From the IMG/VR virus record IMGVR_UViG_3300035665_002234: a DNA stretch of 54,422 nucleotides. One strand, given 5' to 3'. Origin of the DNA: an uncultured virus (IMG/VR IMGVR_UViG_3300035665_002234) (lineage: Duplodnaviria > Heunggongvirae > Uroviricota > Caudoviricetes). Both the position numbers and the translations under genes were made by a program. The notes under the pieces were generated by a model, which was given only the letters and a program-made list of their open reading frames with translations, searched no databases and was not told the DNA's origin. Below, piece by piece: positions 1 to 10,223 of this stretch (positions are counted from its first letter, which is position 1; every line of letters begins with the position of its first letter).

Positions 1-1
1 T

Positions 2-553
2 TAAAAAATCATTAAATTTATTTGTTTCAATATCTAAAAATTGAACACAATCTTCAGGCATGTAAAAATTTTCATTACTATATAAAACATTGAATTTATT
101 TTCGTAGTGTTTGAATCTTTTACCTAACTCACTATTACTTTTTTCTTCATTTTCAAATAGATATGTTACTTGACCAGATATACTATTAGGTAAAAATAGT
201 TTTAATATATTTTCATGTGTAAATAAACTTTCATTAGCCACAACGTCAGTATCACATAATATTATTTTACTAAAACCATTTTCTAATGCAAATCTAACCG
301 AATACCTTTTAACTGAAAAATCAAAATCATAATAATTTGTATTGTAGGTTTGATATTGTTCATTATACTCCCTAATGTCTTTAACCTTAACCCAACTTTC
401 TTTTGTGATTTTATCGGGATTGTCGGTAACAACAAAAATTGTTGGTTTATCATTAAGTTCTTTAAAAGAATCTATTAATCTGTTTGTTTGTTCATAATAC
501 CTTTCACCATAACAAAAAGTGGTGATGGCATAATTATTATCTAAATTTTCCAT
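2..553 (-). CDS. Partial putative GT-A glycosyltransferase (runs off the window)
   Basis: Not in the ORF track. Manually translated from ATG at 553: MENLDNNYAITTFCYGERYY...IFVVTD...KRYSVRFALENGFSKIILCDTDV, with a DxD motif after a hydrophobic strand; starts 1 nt after the stop of the GT60 gene. Confidence 0.55.
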   Translation of the reverse strand, partial: MENLDNNYAITTFCYGERYYEQTNRLIDSFKELNDKPTIFVVTDNPDKITKESWVKVKDIREYNEQYQTYNTNYYDFDFSVKRYSVRFALENGFSKIILCDTDVVANESLFTHENILKLFLPNSISGQVTYLFENEEKSNSELGKRFKHYENKFNVLYSNENFYMPEDCVQFLDIETNKFNDFL

Positions 554-554
554 A

Positions 555-1802
555 TTATAAATTTCCTGTTATTCTTTCACACCAATCTTTAGATACTGAG
601 TGTGGCCAAACAACCCAATACTTTGGTTTATGTTCTGTTTGGAATTCTCTCCATACTTTACAGTAACCATCAGGGTCATTCATCATTCTATCAATTTCTG
701 CCTTATCAGCGTCTTTTCTGTTCAGTGTTTCATCATTTTCACCGTGGAAGGCAACCACCCAAAAATCATAATCTTTTTCAGGTACTTGTGAGAAACCAAT
801 ATCAATACAATGTTTAAATACTTGAGCAAAGTTTTTCTTCCACTCTTCTTCAGATTCAAAGTTGTATGGATTTGGTGGATAATTCTTATCTAAGGTATGT
901 TGTTGGACAGCTCTTTTTTCAAATAAAAGACCTGAATACTTTTCATAATCTCTTAATGTCCTAACAGGTCCAAATCCATAAGGTCCGTCATGACCTTCTT
1001 GTTTTTCACCATCCATACCAAATAATTTTCTATTGGTAAAATGTGAATGACTGTTTTTATTACCCCAATCTTTGTCATCATCCCATTGTTTTGTTCTACC
1101 TTTACGAGTATATTCGTGCCAAATCAAAACTTTATGTGGGTGGAATAAATCATAACCCCAAGTATAAGCACGAGCGGCAATTGATATTTCTTCACCGTGG
1201 AAATAGTATTCAGGGTTGTGTTGTACTTCTTTTGAGAACTGACCTAATGTAAAACAGTAGTGAGCTGAATAGAAACGAGATGTAACAGGTTCTGTTAAGC
1301 TCTGCCAACCTGGAATTGTTTCAGGTAGGAAGAATACCGCACCTTCAGGAATAAATCTGTCAAACGCCATTCTCCATGGTTCTTGCATACGCCCTGATGG
1401 GTCATTGTCGGGGTCAAAAGATGATACATATCCTGTAAGTAATGGTTTTTCATGACCTTTCTTTTGAAGTTGTTTAATCATCTTAATCATTTCATCATCC
1501 CAATTGGGTGCGAATCTCATGTGTGAATCAATTTGAAGTGTATATTCTTCACCTTGATATAGTTGTTGAACTTGGTTTCTTGCCCAACAAACACCTTTTG
1601 ATTCTTGATAAGGAATGTTAAGGATTCTAAATCTTTTATCATTTTCGTACTCTGACATGTCATCAAACCCGTCTTCAGGATGAAATTGTCTTGCAATACC
1701 AATTCTTAAATTTTTAGGTCTTTTAGCATTTTCTATCATACTTTTGATAGTTGCTATAAGTTGGGGGTCACGATAAGCGGCAATTTGAACAAATATTTTC
1801 AT
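555..1802 (-). CDS. GT60-family (Skp1 / polypeptide alpha-N-acetylglucosaminyltransferase-like) glycosyltransferase
   Basis: IFVQIAAYRDP N-terminus, SKGVCWAR, LQIDSHMRF (DxH metal motif), FHGEEI...ARAYTWGYDLFHP...WHEY are characteristic of the GlcNAc-transferase (GT60) family; extra ~90 aa C-terminal domain. Confidence 0.8.
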   Translation of the reverse strand: MKIFVQIAAYRDPQLIATIKSMIENAKRPKNLRIGIARQFHPEDGFDDMSEYENDKRFRILNIPYQESKGVCWARNQVQQLYQGEEYTLQIDSHMRFAPNWDDEMIKMIKQLQKKGHEKPLLTGYVSSFDPDNDPSGRMQEPWRMAFDRFIPEGAVFFLPETIPGWQSLTEPVTSRFYSAHYCFTLGQFSKEVQHNPEYYFHGEEISIAARAYTWGYDLFHPHKVLIWHEYTRKGRTKQWDDDKDWGNKNSHSHFTNRKLFGMDGEKQEGHDGPYGFGPVRTLRDYEKYSGLLFEKRAVQQHTLDKNYPPNPYNFESEEEWKKNFAQVFKHCIDIGFSQVPEKDYDFWVVAFHGENDETLNRKDADKAEIDRMMNDPDGYCKVWREFQTEHKPKYWVVWPHSVSKDWCERITGNL

Positions 1803-1875
1803 GAATATATTTTTTCATAAAAATATTAAAGGATTTGAAAAAGTTAATAGGAAAATTAAGTAAAAACAATCCTTT

Positions 1876-2370
1876 TTAACTTATTTTAAGATATCCGTAA
1901 TTTACAGTGATATTTGAACCTGTGTTATTTTGTATTCCAAACACAAATGTATTTGTTGGGGTACTCACACTAGGACTTGAGGTTGATATTGCACCTGCGG
2001 TACCTATAATTTGGTCAGGAATTGATGTAAACAATATTGGACTACCACCTCCAGTATAATTCCACGCATATTGATAACCAATTACAGGTACATTACTATT
2101 ACTTATTGATACAGTTGCGTTGTAAACTATTATACCATTCGGTATATTAGCTAAAACCCACAAATTATAGGTACTATTACCCTCAAGAGTAAAACTATAA
2201 TTACTGGTTCCTGATGTTACCGTCCAAGAACCTGTATTACTAAGATTATTTGTAATGCCTGAGTAGGCAATATGATAGGTTACACCACTTAGTTCTACAG
2301 GAATAAGAGTGTTATTGGTAGGTTCCGCTAAAAAAGTTAATTCTCCGATTGTTTTACCTGTTAATGACAT
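1876..2370 (-). CDS. Putative virion/fibre-associated protein
   Basis: 164 aa, T/S/N/G-rich and beta-strand-like; KTIGEL N-terminus resembles fibre N-termini; preceded by the TATTTATA motif. Confidence 0.4.
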   Translation of the reverse strand: MSLTGKTIGELTFLAEPTNNTLIPVELSGVTYHIAYSGITNNLSNTGSWTVTSGTSNYSFTLEGNSTYNLWVLANIPNGIIVYNATVSISNSNVPVIGYQYAWNYTGGGSPILFTSIPDQIIGTAGAISTSSPSVSTPTNTFVFGIQNNTGSNITVNYGYLKIS

Positions 2371-2421
2371 ATTTTTTATTTTATAAATATTTGTTTATAA
2401 TCCATATACTGTTGGACTTGG

Positions 2422-5400
2422 TTATGGTTCAAAAAATTCCAAATACTCACCATTACCAACTGAAATATATTCATTAATACCACTTATTAAAACGGGATTA
2501 ATTAGTACTGTTATTGGTGTTTCAGTAGGTGTTGGAGTGTTAGTTGTAGTTATTGTTGGTGTAGGTGTTGCGGTTGGTTCTATAAATCTTGGAGCTAAAT
2601 AATTGTATTGTTGTGTTATTTCAGTAAGATTTAATTGTCTGTTATAGAAATACATGTTGGCAACATGTCCCCAAGGTTGACCCGCCGTATCATTATTACC
2701 CCATCCCCAGTGTCTAGTTCCACCAGCACCCTCATTGATTGTACTTCCCACCTGTGAACCATTTATGTAGAATGTTTGAGATGTATTTGTTCCAACTACA
2801 GCAAATTGAACCCAAACACCTGCCGAAGATGAAACATCATATCCTGAACTTACAAATCCTGTTGCCCAATATCCTAATGTGTTTGTTCCATTAGGTATGG
2901 TAATTGGTGTGATTTTAGGAGGGCCCTTTGTATAAAGTACTGTTCTAAACCCAGCATTACTAGGTATCAATCTTGCCCAAGTGATATATGTGTATCCTGA
3001 ATTTGGTAATAAAGGTCCTGTTAAGTTGTAATCAACTCTATTAGTTCCTGTTGTACAATCGAAGCATTTTATACCATTAAGAACTGTGTAAGTTGCACCA
3101 ATTAATGTATGGTCATATCCACCTGTAATATCAAAAACAGTTGTTCCTGTACCAGGGTAACTTGAACTTTCATATGCGTCAAGTTGAATAACCAATCCTG
3201 AACTTACAATACTTGGTGTTGTTGATGGTGTTGGTGTGTTGGTATTTGTTGGAGTTGATGTAATGGTTGGGGTATTAGTGTTTGTTGGTGTTTGCGTAAC
3301 TGTTGGAGTTACAGTCTGAGTTGGAGTTTCTGTATTTGTAGGCGTTGGTGTTACAGTATTAGTTGGAGTCTGAGTTGGTGTTTCAGTAGGAGTTTCTGTG
3401 TTTGTAGGTGTAGGTGTTTGTGTTGGTGTATTAGTAGGAGTTTCAGTGTTAGTAGGTGTTTGTGTTGGTGTATTAGTAGGAGTTTCAGTGTTAGTAGGTG
3501 TTTGTGTTGGTGTATTAGTAGGAGTTTCAGTGTTAGTAGGTGTTTGTGTTGGTGTATTAGTAGGAGTTTCAGTATTAGTCGGTGTAGGTGTTGGTGTATT
3601 AGTTGGTGTAACACTTGTTGTTGGTGTAACTGTTGGCGTAATAGTTGGAGTCGGAGTTGCCGATGGACACATACCTAAATCAACTAAAACCAAAGAATTA
3701 ACACCACCAGTTCTTTTAACACTATTTTTAGTTGCACATAAATAAACATCAGGATTTGGAGGTAAAACATTTCCAGAAATTAAAGTACCATAACAATCTA
3801 TGTAAGAATAGATAACATTTCCTCTGTCAGATTCATTTATTAATCTATAATATTCACATCCAGTATATCCTGGTGTAGATGTAACACTTGGCGTTGGTGT
3901 TTTAGTCTGTGTTTGTGTTGGTGTTTGAGTAATAGTGGACGTAACACTTGGTGTTGGTGTTTTAGTTTGTGTGGGTGTTAGTGTTGGTGTTTGAGTAGAT
4001 GTATTTGTTTGTGTAGGTGTTGGTGTTTGGGTAGATGTATTTGTTGGTGTTATAGTTTGAGTTGCAGTTGCCGTTGGAGTCAACCCTGTTGTTGCTGTTG
4101 GTGTTGGAGTTGTTGATAAAGTTGGTGTTACTGTAGGTGTTGCGGTATTTGATGGTGTTAGAGATATTGTTGGTGTGTTTGTAGGTGTATGTGTAGGAGT
4201 TGATGTAGGTGTGGGTGTTGGGAAATCACAATTTAAACAATATGGATTTAAAAAATTGTAAATTGGTCTTAAAATTCTTGCATTGTGTTGGATTTCTGGA
4301 ACCGATAATGGTTTTGCATACATACCAAATGTTGATATTGCACCATCAAATGTCCCTGCAAAATTTTGTTCAATTAAAATGTTAGTTGTAAGACCGCTTA
4401 ATGTAGTCCCACTTAAAATGTTTGGTGGAAACAATTCAGGGTCTTGGGTATAATAATTAATATCATTTGTTGGTACCGCACTAAAAATTAAATTTTCGTG
4501 TAATCCTTGTGTACCACCACCCCAAGATATGTTGAATGGTACTCCAACTTGGGTTTCTTTGTGTCCAAATAAACCACGAGGTATAATTTCTTCAACATCT
4601 TCAAACACATCAAATATTCTACCATTAATGTAGATTTTCATTCGACCTCTACGGTATATTTTTTCTAAAATCCAAAGATTGTTTAACTCAACAAGTTCTT
4701 CAATAGTCGGAATTAATTCATAATGTGTTATTGGTGGTGATATTAATGAAACCGAATTGTTTGCCGTACTAGCAGTGTACGGGAACACAGTAATAGTTCC
4801 AAGACCACCACGATAGTATAAATCACACGTATCTAACCATGTATATCGCTCAAAGACTACATCTACTAAAACCCAATGTTCTTGTTCATCATATGTTGTT
4901 CCACTACAGTCATCATAAATTCCTCTATCGGTACAGTAGTTGTTAATTGAATATCCCGTTACTGAATCAGGACCTAAAGTTTCACAAGAACCTGAAAAAA
5001 TACAATCCCCCGTTATAGTTAAAGTTCTTATACAAATTTTCGGATTGTGTGGGTCACCACTAAATTTGATTGCAATTGCATTAGACATTGAATCATATTC
5101 AGGATTATGTTCTGGAATTGGAACTGGTGGTTCAGGACAACAACAAGGGTCTACTTGAGTGTGTGAATCTGTTGTTCCTGTTGGTGGATATACTAATACA
5201 CAATTAGAGTCATTATACTGTAAATAACCTGGTTTGGTTATTATTGAAAATTTAATAGTCCCCAACCCTACTCGTTTTGTGGTTACAAATTGAAAATTTC
5301 CTGTTGATGCCGTGTATCCAACAACGGTTCCCTCAAGATACTGAGCATCGTCATGATAAATTAATGCCGTATCACCTGAAACCCATAATAAGTCTGGTGA

Positions 5401-6339
5401 AACAGTCAATGTTCTACCTGTTGTTGTTAAATCAAAAATTGTTGTTGATGAAGTTGTATATCCTGTATACAAATCAACACAAAAACAACTTGTTAAACCA
5501 GTTAACGGTGTTGTAATTCTGTAATAAGATGGGTCACCTGAATTTGTTCCGGCTGCGTGGTGCCAATATTTATTTTCGGCTCTTGTACCCATATAAAAGA
5601 ATATACCCGCATTGTTTGGATAATATTCATTTAATGTGGTTTGTCCTGAACTTGGAGAATAAACATTTGATAATCTTGGTTTTAAAGTCATCTCTACCGT
5701 CCATCCTTTTGGATATCTTTCAGGTAAAATTTTATAATCGTAACCAAACAATTCATAAAATCCTTGATAGAAACCACCATACAATTCTTGGTAATTTCCA
5801 ATAGTTTGAGCACTATATGACACAACATTATAAACCGTTCCTGCGGTTACACCCGAAAATCTTGTGTTTGGTGTCCAAGTATATCCTGTTACTTGATGTA
5901 ATTTTAATCTTCTGTCAAATTTATACCTATCAAATTTTTCATTTGCGGGTAGTAAACCATTTGTATATGTTATTGATTGACCAGTCATTCCGGTTACCAA
6001 ACCATTATCAGTTCCTGTTAGTCCAATATCACAAATTGTTTTTGAAGAATAACAAGGTATTAAAACATCTGTTGGGTTATAGTAATTTTCTGAAATTAAA
6101 ATATTATCAAAATCATAATTTCCATAGGTTAATGAAAAATTTTGATTACTTCCCGTAAAATTAATATCAAACTTAACTGGTAACACATCACCATCATACG
6201 CACCAATAATATATGGTGAAAAAATAACTTCTTCGTTATAATCTCGTTCATCTGATGCTAAAGAAAGGTCTGTAACCTCCAAAAATGGTGATAAATACCA
6301 TTTTTTATAGACATATTGGTTAATGTTCTGGTAAGCCAT
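2422..6339 (-). CDS. Large putative virion adhesin/decoration protein with mucin-like Thr-Pro tracts and LamG/concanavalin-A-like domain(s)
   Basis: 1305 aa; two long (T-x)n tracts; C-terminal YITWAR...WVQFAVV...FYING...[19 protein letters not shown] is LamG-like; the N-terminal part also ends in a LamG-like [23 protein letters not shown]. Confidence 0.65.
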   Translation of the reverse strand: MAYQNINQYVYKKWYLSPFLEVTDLSLASDERDYNEEVIFSPYIIGAYDGDVLPVKFDINFTGSNQNFSLTYGNYDFDNILISENYYNPTDVLIPCYSSKTICDIGLTGTDNGLVTGMTGQSITYTNGLLPANEKFDRYKFDRRLKLHQVTGYTWTPNTRFSGVTAGTVYNVVSYSAQTIGNYQELYGGFYQGFYELFGYDYKILPERYPKGWTVEMTLKPRLSNVYSPSSGQTTLNEYYPNNAGIFFYMGTRAENKYWHHAAGTNSGDPSYYRITTPLTGLTSCFCVDLYTGYTTSSTTIFDLTTTGRTLTVSPDLLWVSGDTALIYHDDAQYLEGTVVGYTASTGNFQFVTTKRVGLGTIKFSIITKPGYLQYNDSNCVLVYPPTGTTDSHTQVDPCCCPEPPVPIPEHNPEYDSMSNAIAIKFSGDPHNPKICIRTLTITGDCIFSGSCETLGPDSVTGYSINNYCTDRGIYDDCSGTTYDEQEHWVLVDVVFERYTWLDTCDLYYRGGLGTITVFPYTASTANNSVSLISPPITHYELIPTIEELVELNNLWILEKIYRRGRMKIYINGRIFDVFEDVEEIIPRGLFGHKETQVGVPFNISWGGGTQGLHENLIFSAVPTNDINYYTQDPELFPPNILSGTTLSGLTTNILIEQNFAGTFDGAISTFGMYAKPLSVPEIQHNARILRPIYNFLNPYCLNCDFPTPTPTSTPTHTPTNTPTISLTPSNTATPTVTPTLSTTPTPTATTGLTPTATATQTITPTNTSTQTPTPTQTNTSTQTPTLTPTQTKTPTPSVTSTITQTPTQTQTKTPTPSVTSTPGYTGCEYYRLINESDRGNVIYSYIDCYGTLISGNVLPPNPDVYLCATKNSVKRTGGVNSLVLVDLGMCPSATPTPTITPTVTPTTSVTPTNTPTPTPTNTETPTNTPTQTPTNTETPTNTPTQTPTNTETPTNTPTQTPTNTETPTNTPTQTPTPTNTETPTETPTQTPTNTVTPTPTNTETPTQTVTPTVTQTPTNTNTPTITSTPTNTNTPTPSTTPSIVSSGLVIQLDAYESSSYPGTGTTVFDITGGYDHTLIGATYTVLNGIKCFDCTTGTNRVDYNLTGPLLPNSGYTYITWARLIPSNAGFRTVLYTKGPPKITPITIPNGTNTLGYWATGFVSSGYDVSSSAGVWVQFAVVGTNTSQTFYINGSQVGSTINEGAGGTRHWGWGNNDTAGQPWGHVANMYFYNRQLNLTEITQQYNYLAPRFIEPTATPTPTITTTNTPTPTETPITVLINPVLISGINEYISVGNGEYLEFFEP
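3410..3577. repeat. Four tandem 42-bp repeats encoding [14 protein letters not shown]
   Basis: Unit gtaggtgtttgtgttggtgtattagtaggagtttcagtgtta at 3410, 3452, 3494 (identical) and 3536 (one mismatch). Confidence 0.9.
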
Positions 6340-6343
6340 ATGA

Positions 6344-6371
6344 CATAAATACTTTTATTGTAGTATTTATA
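6344..6371. promoter_or_regulatory. Back-to-back TATTTAT motifs (candidate divergent late promoters)
   Basis: ATAAATACT (6345-6353) and AGTATTTAT (6362-6370) form a perfect 9-bp inverted repeat between the divergent genes starting at 6339 (-) and 6387 (+). Confidence 0.55.
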
Positions 6372-6386
6372 GTATAAAAAATCATT

Positions 6387-7196
6387 ATGATTGAATTTGG
6401 TCGTGAATATTATAATAATGACATGTATTTTTTCTTAAAGAAAAGAAAAGATTCTATTGATGTCTACTATTCTGTTGGTAATACCATTACAGAAGCCAGA
6501 ACAATGGATGAAATTGTTAAAATACCATTAATTAATGAAACTAAATTAAAATTAGTTATTGAAAAATTAACAAAGTCAAAGAAAAAATTTTCAAAAAAAG
6601 ATATTAAAAGAATTATGGATAAAATTTCATCTGAAAAAGGTGAAATTGAAGAACTTGTAGATTACGATGGTAGTTTTTCAAATTCAAAAGTTCCAATTCA
6701 TGACCCCACATTATCACCTACAAAAACTATGGACCAAACTGTATTTGCAGCAAGACAAGCAACAAATCCTCTTTTACGTGGTTATAGAGTTTATTATGGT
6801 GAGAGTGTTGTAAGAGAAATTGATGCTCGTGGAGCCTTTGGTTTTGAAGAAACTGAATTAGAAGGTGAAGATGCAAAAGAAGCAATTGAAACATTCAAAG
6901 AGTTGGGTGTTGACGACCCAAAAGGTAGAGCAAAAGAAATGGGTTATGACCCAAAATTAGAAAAGAAAAAATTACCAGGTTCTTTTACAAGAAAAAGATT
7001 GGAAGAAGTCCAAAAACAAAAAATGATTAAAGTTCTTGAGGATATGGTAACAAAAAAATCAAAAGATACTGATGTTCAAAATAAAGAAATCAACGCTTCA
7101 AAACTATTGATTAAGAATCTAAAAACTCTTAAAAAAATGGCAGAAAAAGAAGGGTTAAGTAATTCTGATATTTTAAAGTTATTAAAAAATGAATAA
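6387..7196 (+). CDS. Hypothetical protein
   Basis: 269 aa ORF, first of a co-directional run; no family recognised. Confidence 0.75.
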   Translation: MIEFGREYYNNDMYFFLKKRKDSIDVYYSVGNTITEARTMDEIVKIPLINETKLKLVIEKLTKSKKKFSKKDIKRIMDKISSEKGEIEELVDYDGSFSNSKVPIHDPTLSPTKTMDQTVFAARQATNPLLRGYRVYYGESVVREIDARGAFGFEETELEGEDAKEAIETFKELGVDDPKGRAKEMGYDPKLEKKKLPGSFTRKRLEEVQKQKMIKVLEDMVTKKSKDTDVQNKEINASKLLIKNLKTLKKMAEKEGLSNSDILKLLKNE

Positions 7197-7659
7197 AGAA
7201 CTTTACAATAAGAGTTGGGATTTTCCAAAAGATTTACAAAATCATATGAGAATATGTTTTGGTAAAGTTAAAAATGCCGATGCAAATACTGAAGGATATA
7301 ATCGTAATAGAAGATTACAAACTGCAACATCTATATCATATCCAGAATTAAAAAGAATTAAAAATTTTTTTGATAACCACACAGGAACACCACAAGACGC
7401 ACCATTTATTTTAAATGGTGAAAGTAAAATGAGAGATTTCGTTAATTCCTCGTTATCAGGTTCAAGACAATCATTGGCTACATCCAAAAATATTAGACAA
7501 GACACTGGAATGGAAAAAGAGTTTGTTCAAACACCAAATGCAAATGTAAATCTTAACATTTCAAAAGACGGAGCGAATAAATCAAGTCTTGAGAAATATG
7601 ATTTACAAGTAACCGAAAGCCTAAAAAGGATAAATAACATTATGAAAAAAATAATATAA
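7189..7659 (+). CDS. Hypothetical protein
   Basis: 156 aa ORF overlapping the upstream stop. Confidence 0.7.
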   Translation: MNKELYNKSWDFPKDLQNHMRICFGKVKNADANTEGYNRNRRLQTATSISYPELKRIKNFFDNHTGTPQDAPFILNGESKMRDFVNSSLSGSRQSLATSKNIRQDTGMEKEFVQTPNANVNLNISKDGANKSSLEKYDLQVTESLKRINNIMKKII

Positions 7660-7664
7660 AAGTT

Positions 7665-7958
7665 ATGGAAAAATTACCATTAGATTTTTCACAACCAGCT
7701 AACAGATTAACTGCGATTGCGGAAATAGAAAGAAAAAAGAACATTGTAAAAAATGATTTTATTCAACAAAGTAATGAATATGGTAGTACTAACCCAGCTG
7801 CTCTTGCAGATGGTGATGCGATTGGAAGAGGTATAGGTACTTCGGACACTCGTAATGAAAGTGCTGGAACATCAATTGATATCTTTGAAAGAAAAATGAA
7901 TATTAAATTTAACGCTTATCAACCTGACAAACCTTACAACATAAAAGGTATTGAATAA
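7665..7958 (+). CDS. Hypothetical protein
   Basis: 97 aa ORF tightly packed in the operon (TAATG overlap with the next gene). Confidence 0.7.
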   Translation: MEKLPLDFSQPANRLTAIAEIERKKNIVKNDFIQQSNEYGSTNPAALADGDAIGRGIGTSDTRNESAGTSIDIFERKMNIKFNAYQPDKPYNIKGIE

Positions 7959-8353
7959 TGAGATTACTTGGTTCGTTAAAATCTTTAATAACTGAAGCGG
8001 CATCAATTGATGATATTAAAAAATCAATTGAGCAAAAACAAGTGTGCTCCATTTATTATGAAGGTGATGAACCAGGAGGACGAGGATTACGTGAAATTGA
8101 ACCGGTTGCTTTAGGTCGTTCAAAAGCAGGTAATTTAGTCCTTAGAGGATGGGATAGAACAGGAGCATCTCATACCGCATATAAAGGTGAACAACCACTA
8201 CCTTCTTGGAGATTATTTCGTGTAGATAAAATAACTATGTTAAAACCTACACGTGAAAACTTTACTCAGGCACAACCTGGCTATAACTTTAATGGAGATA
8301 AAAGCATGACCCAAGTTATTGTAATTGCAAAATTTGATAACACAACAACATAA
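7958..8353 (+). CDS. Stand-alone WYL-domain protein
   Basis: IKKSIEQKQVCSIYY...REIEPVAL...LVLRGWD...WRLFRVDKI matches the WYL SH3-like pattern (I..Y, R.ieP, R.FR.DrI); no HTH. Confidence 0.75.
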   Translation: MRLLGSLKSLITEAASIDDIKKSIEQKQVCSIYYEGDEPGGRGLREIEPVALGRSKAGNLVLRGWDRTGASHTAYKGEQPLPSWRLFRVDKITMLKPTRENFTQAQPGYNFNGDKSMTQVIVIAKFDNTTT

Positions 8354-8356
8354 TAT

Positions 8357-8962
8357 ATGAATTCAGAAAATGATTTAATGCAAAAATTAGTGGTGGCAAA
8401 AAAAATTATGGATGCCCATAATAAAACACCAAGAGTTGGAAACAGTGGCGGAATCCCATCAACACCAATGTTAGAACAGTTTAACGCACCGCCAGCAATG
8501 TATAATATTCCACAAGAATATATGACAGAACAAAAACAAGTTCAACCACAACAACAATCTCAATTACCTGTTAAAGATAAAATTTTAAATTCAAGATTAC
8601 CTGATGAAATTAAAAGATTAATGATTGAGCACCCAATTGACCAACCAAATACCATGGCTGGACCAACATTATCAAATGATTTAATTGAAGCCGCTGCTAG
8701 ATTAATGAAAACGGACGCTGCTGGTGGAACACCACCACAAACACAACAACGTACACAACAACCACAATATCAAACACCAAATATGTCGGGTGGAATTGAT
8801 TACAGTTTATTAAAATCAATTATTAGAGACACAATTACCGAAGTTTTAACTGAAAAAGGATTGGTTGCTGAAAGTTCATCAAAAACAAAAGAACAAATTA
8901 GTTTTAGAGTTGGTCAACATGTCTTTGAAGGTTTTGTGACAAAAATTAAAAAGATGAAATAA
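8357..8962 (+). CDS. Hypothetical Q/P-rich protein
   Basis: 201 aa ORF in the operon; no family recognised. Confidence 0.7.
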   Translation: MNSENDLMQKLVVAKKIMDAHNKTPRVGNSGGIPSTPMLEQFNAPPAMYNIPQEYMTEQKQVQPQQQSQLPVKDKILNSRLPDEIKRLMIEHPIDQPNTMAGPTLSNDLIEAAARLMKTDAAGGTPPQTQQRTQQPQYQTPNMSGGIDYSLLKSIIRDTITEVLTEKGLVAESSSKTKEQISFRVGQHVFEGFVTKIKKMK

Positions 8963-9011
8963 TACTTTGATTTATTGTGTAACTTTTCTATTATTATGAA
9001 AAAGTTTATAT

Positions 9012-10223
9012 ATGTCAAAGATAAAAGTATTAGTATTGCCATCCGACAGAACAGGTGTTGGTAAATTTCGTTCAATAGACCCCCACATTTTTTTACAGAA
9101 TCTATATCCTGATGATTTTCATATAGATATAGTTTTTGATTTAGATATCAACAACCCATCAGTTTGGGATGACTATCAAATTGTTCATTTTCATAGGGTA
9201 ATTGCTGGAAATTACGAAAACACTGCAAATATTGTTAAGTACCTAAAACAAAAAGGTATTAAAACCGTAATGGATTTGGATGATTATTGGTTACCAACCA
9301 AAGAACACCCAATTCATGATTTAATTCGTGTAAATAAAATACATGAAAAAATTGTTGATAACGTAAGGGTTGCTGATTATGTGTTAACTACAACCACATT
9401 ATTTGCCGATGAAATTAAAAAATACAACAAAAATGTTTTTATTTTTCCAAACGCAATTAATCCAAAAGAATCACAATTTTGTGAACCAACAATTAAATCA
9501 GAAAAATTACGATTTGGTTGGTTAGGTGGTTCATCTCACTTACATGATTTAATGTTGTTAGACGGATTATTCCAAAGAATGGAACCATACAAAAATAAAG
9601 TACAAACTTATTTGTGTGGTTTTGATATCAGAGGTAGTGTTACAGAAATTAATTCTGAAACAAAAGAACAAACCAAAAGAGATATTAAACCTGAAGAAAC
9701 TGTTTGGTACAAATATGAAAACATATTTACAGACAACGGGAAATTAATTAGTCCTGAATATCAACAATTTCTATTAAAATTCAAAGAAGAAGATTATTCA
9801 CAGTTTTCTGATGAATACTACCACCGTATATGGACAAGACCAGTTCAAACTTACGCTAAAAACTATGCAAAATTTGATGTATCTTTGGCTCCAATTAAAA
9901 ACCACATTTTTAATAAAGTTAAATCTCAATTAAAAGTTATTGAGGCAGGTTTTTACAAAAAAGCGTTAATTGCTTCAAATTTAGGACCATATACAATTGA
10001 TTTGAAACATTCATTAGACCATGGTAACTTTGTTGACGGTAATGCGTTATTGGTTGATGAAAGTAGAAATCATAGTGATTGGTTTAAATACGCTAAAAAA
10101 CTTATTGATAACCCAAATTGGGCTTATGATTTAGGTGAAAGATTATATGAAACGGTAAAAGATACGTATGACTTAAATGTTGTTACTAAAACAAGAGCAG
10201 AATTTTATAAATCTATTGTATGA
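9012..10223 (+). CDS. GT-B (GT4-like) glycosyltransferase
   Basis: VMDLDDYW, ADYVLTTT, FPNAI, RFGWLGGSSH, DVSLAP...FNKVKSQLKVIEAG...LIASNLGPY. Confidence 0.8.
   Translation: MSKIKVLVLPSDRTGVGKFRSIDPHIFLQNLYPDDFHIDIVFDLDINNPSVWDDYQIVHFHRVIAGNYENTANIVKYLKQKGIKTVMDLDDYWLPTKEHPIHDLIRVNKIHEKIVDNVRVADYVLTTTTLFADEIKKYNKNVFIFPNAINPKESQFCEPTIKSEKLRFGWLGGSSHLHDLMLLDGLFQRMEPYKNKVQTYLCGFDIRGSVTEINSETKEQTKRDIKPEETVWYKYENIFTDNGKLISPEYQQFLLKFKEEDYSQFSDEYYHRIWTRPVQTYAKNYAKFDVSLAPIKNHIFNKVKSQLKVIEAGFYKKALIASNLGPYTIDLKHSLDHGNFVDGNALLVDESRNHSDWFKYAKKLIDNPNWAYDLGERLYETVKDTYDLNVVTKTRAEFYKSIV

Noticed and set aside
3410..3577. Regular repeats resembling a CRISPR array
   Set aside because: Contiguous in-frame coding repeats with no unique spacers and no cas genes.
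3292..3745. Plus-strand V/G-rich and C/W/R-rich ORFs (also 34752..35198, 49703..50125) and the alternative-frame 3351..3614
   Set aside because: Shadows of the Thr-Pro repeat codons; they lack stops only because of repeat composition.
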